Shown one piece after another: positions 63,673 to 64,000 of a stretch of 64,000 nt of DNA; the stretch's first letter is position 1; each line of letters starts with the position of its first letter. Origin of the DNA: Asterias rubens (taxonomy: Eukaryota); the NCBI RefSeq assembly GCF_902459465.1, contig NC_047065.1:744001-808000 (forward strand), read 5' to 3'. The notes under the pieces were generated by a model. That model did not search any database. It had not been told where the DNA came from and saw only the letters and a list, made by a program, of their open reading frames with translations. A program made the position numbers and the translations under genes.

Positions 63673-64000
63673 AATTACTTTGAAATGTTTGCCTAGACAG
63701 GGTAAGAGCCTTTTAAATCAATGGGGAGGGGATTCGGAGTTTTAATTTGGGCTAATCTCCGTCTAATCTAAAACACATGCCATCTTATTCTTAGAGAGAG
63801 CCATAATTAACTGTCTGAGGTCTTCAAATACTTTTTTTATGAAGCATAGGATCGCGTGAAGTCTAGAGGGTTTCCATTAATATAAAAAATAGAAACATCG
63901 TATTGTTTTTGTCCCCAACCAGTTCGGATCTCACAACTGAACGTATAGTTCCCATGTTGACACTACTACCTCCGTTGTCCTCGCAAGTTGTGTTTTATGT

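Overview
Eukaryotic, AT-rich, intron-rich invertebrate DNA (probably a marine deuterostome such as an echinoderm; this is inference from gene sequences and transposon types). I reconstructed spliced genes by hand and checked splice phases. In order: the 3' half of an RBCK1/HOIL-1-like RBR ligase (+, ends 9198); an unrecognised two-exon membrane protein gene (+, 14603-19330); MTBP (-, 15 coding exons, one U12-type intron); RPL14 (+); METTL9 (-); and ZC3H3 (+, 11 coding exons). MTBP/RPL14 and METTL9/ZC3H3 are very tight head-to-head pairs. The MTBP/RPL14 start codons are about 100 bp apart around one central TATA element. Mobile and repeat content: a 5'-truncated, near-intact R4/Dong-type retrotransposon beside an (AAT)n tract in an MTBP intron, many MITEs (TTAA, CAG and TTA target duplications), tRNA-derived SINEs, several minisatellites (one built from amplified SINE heads), and repeats carrying minimal hammerhead-ribozyme-like motifs. 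There is a 310-nt assembly gap at 27522-27831. Gene identities rest on recalled similarity to human proteins; no database search was run.
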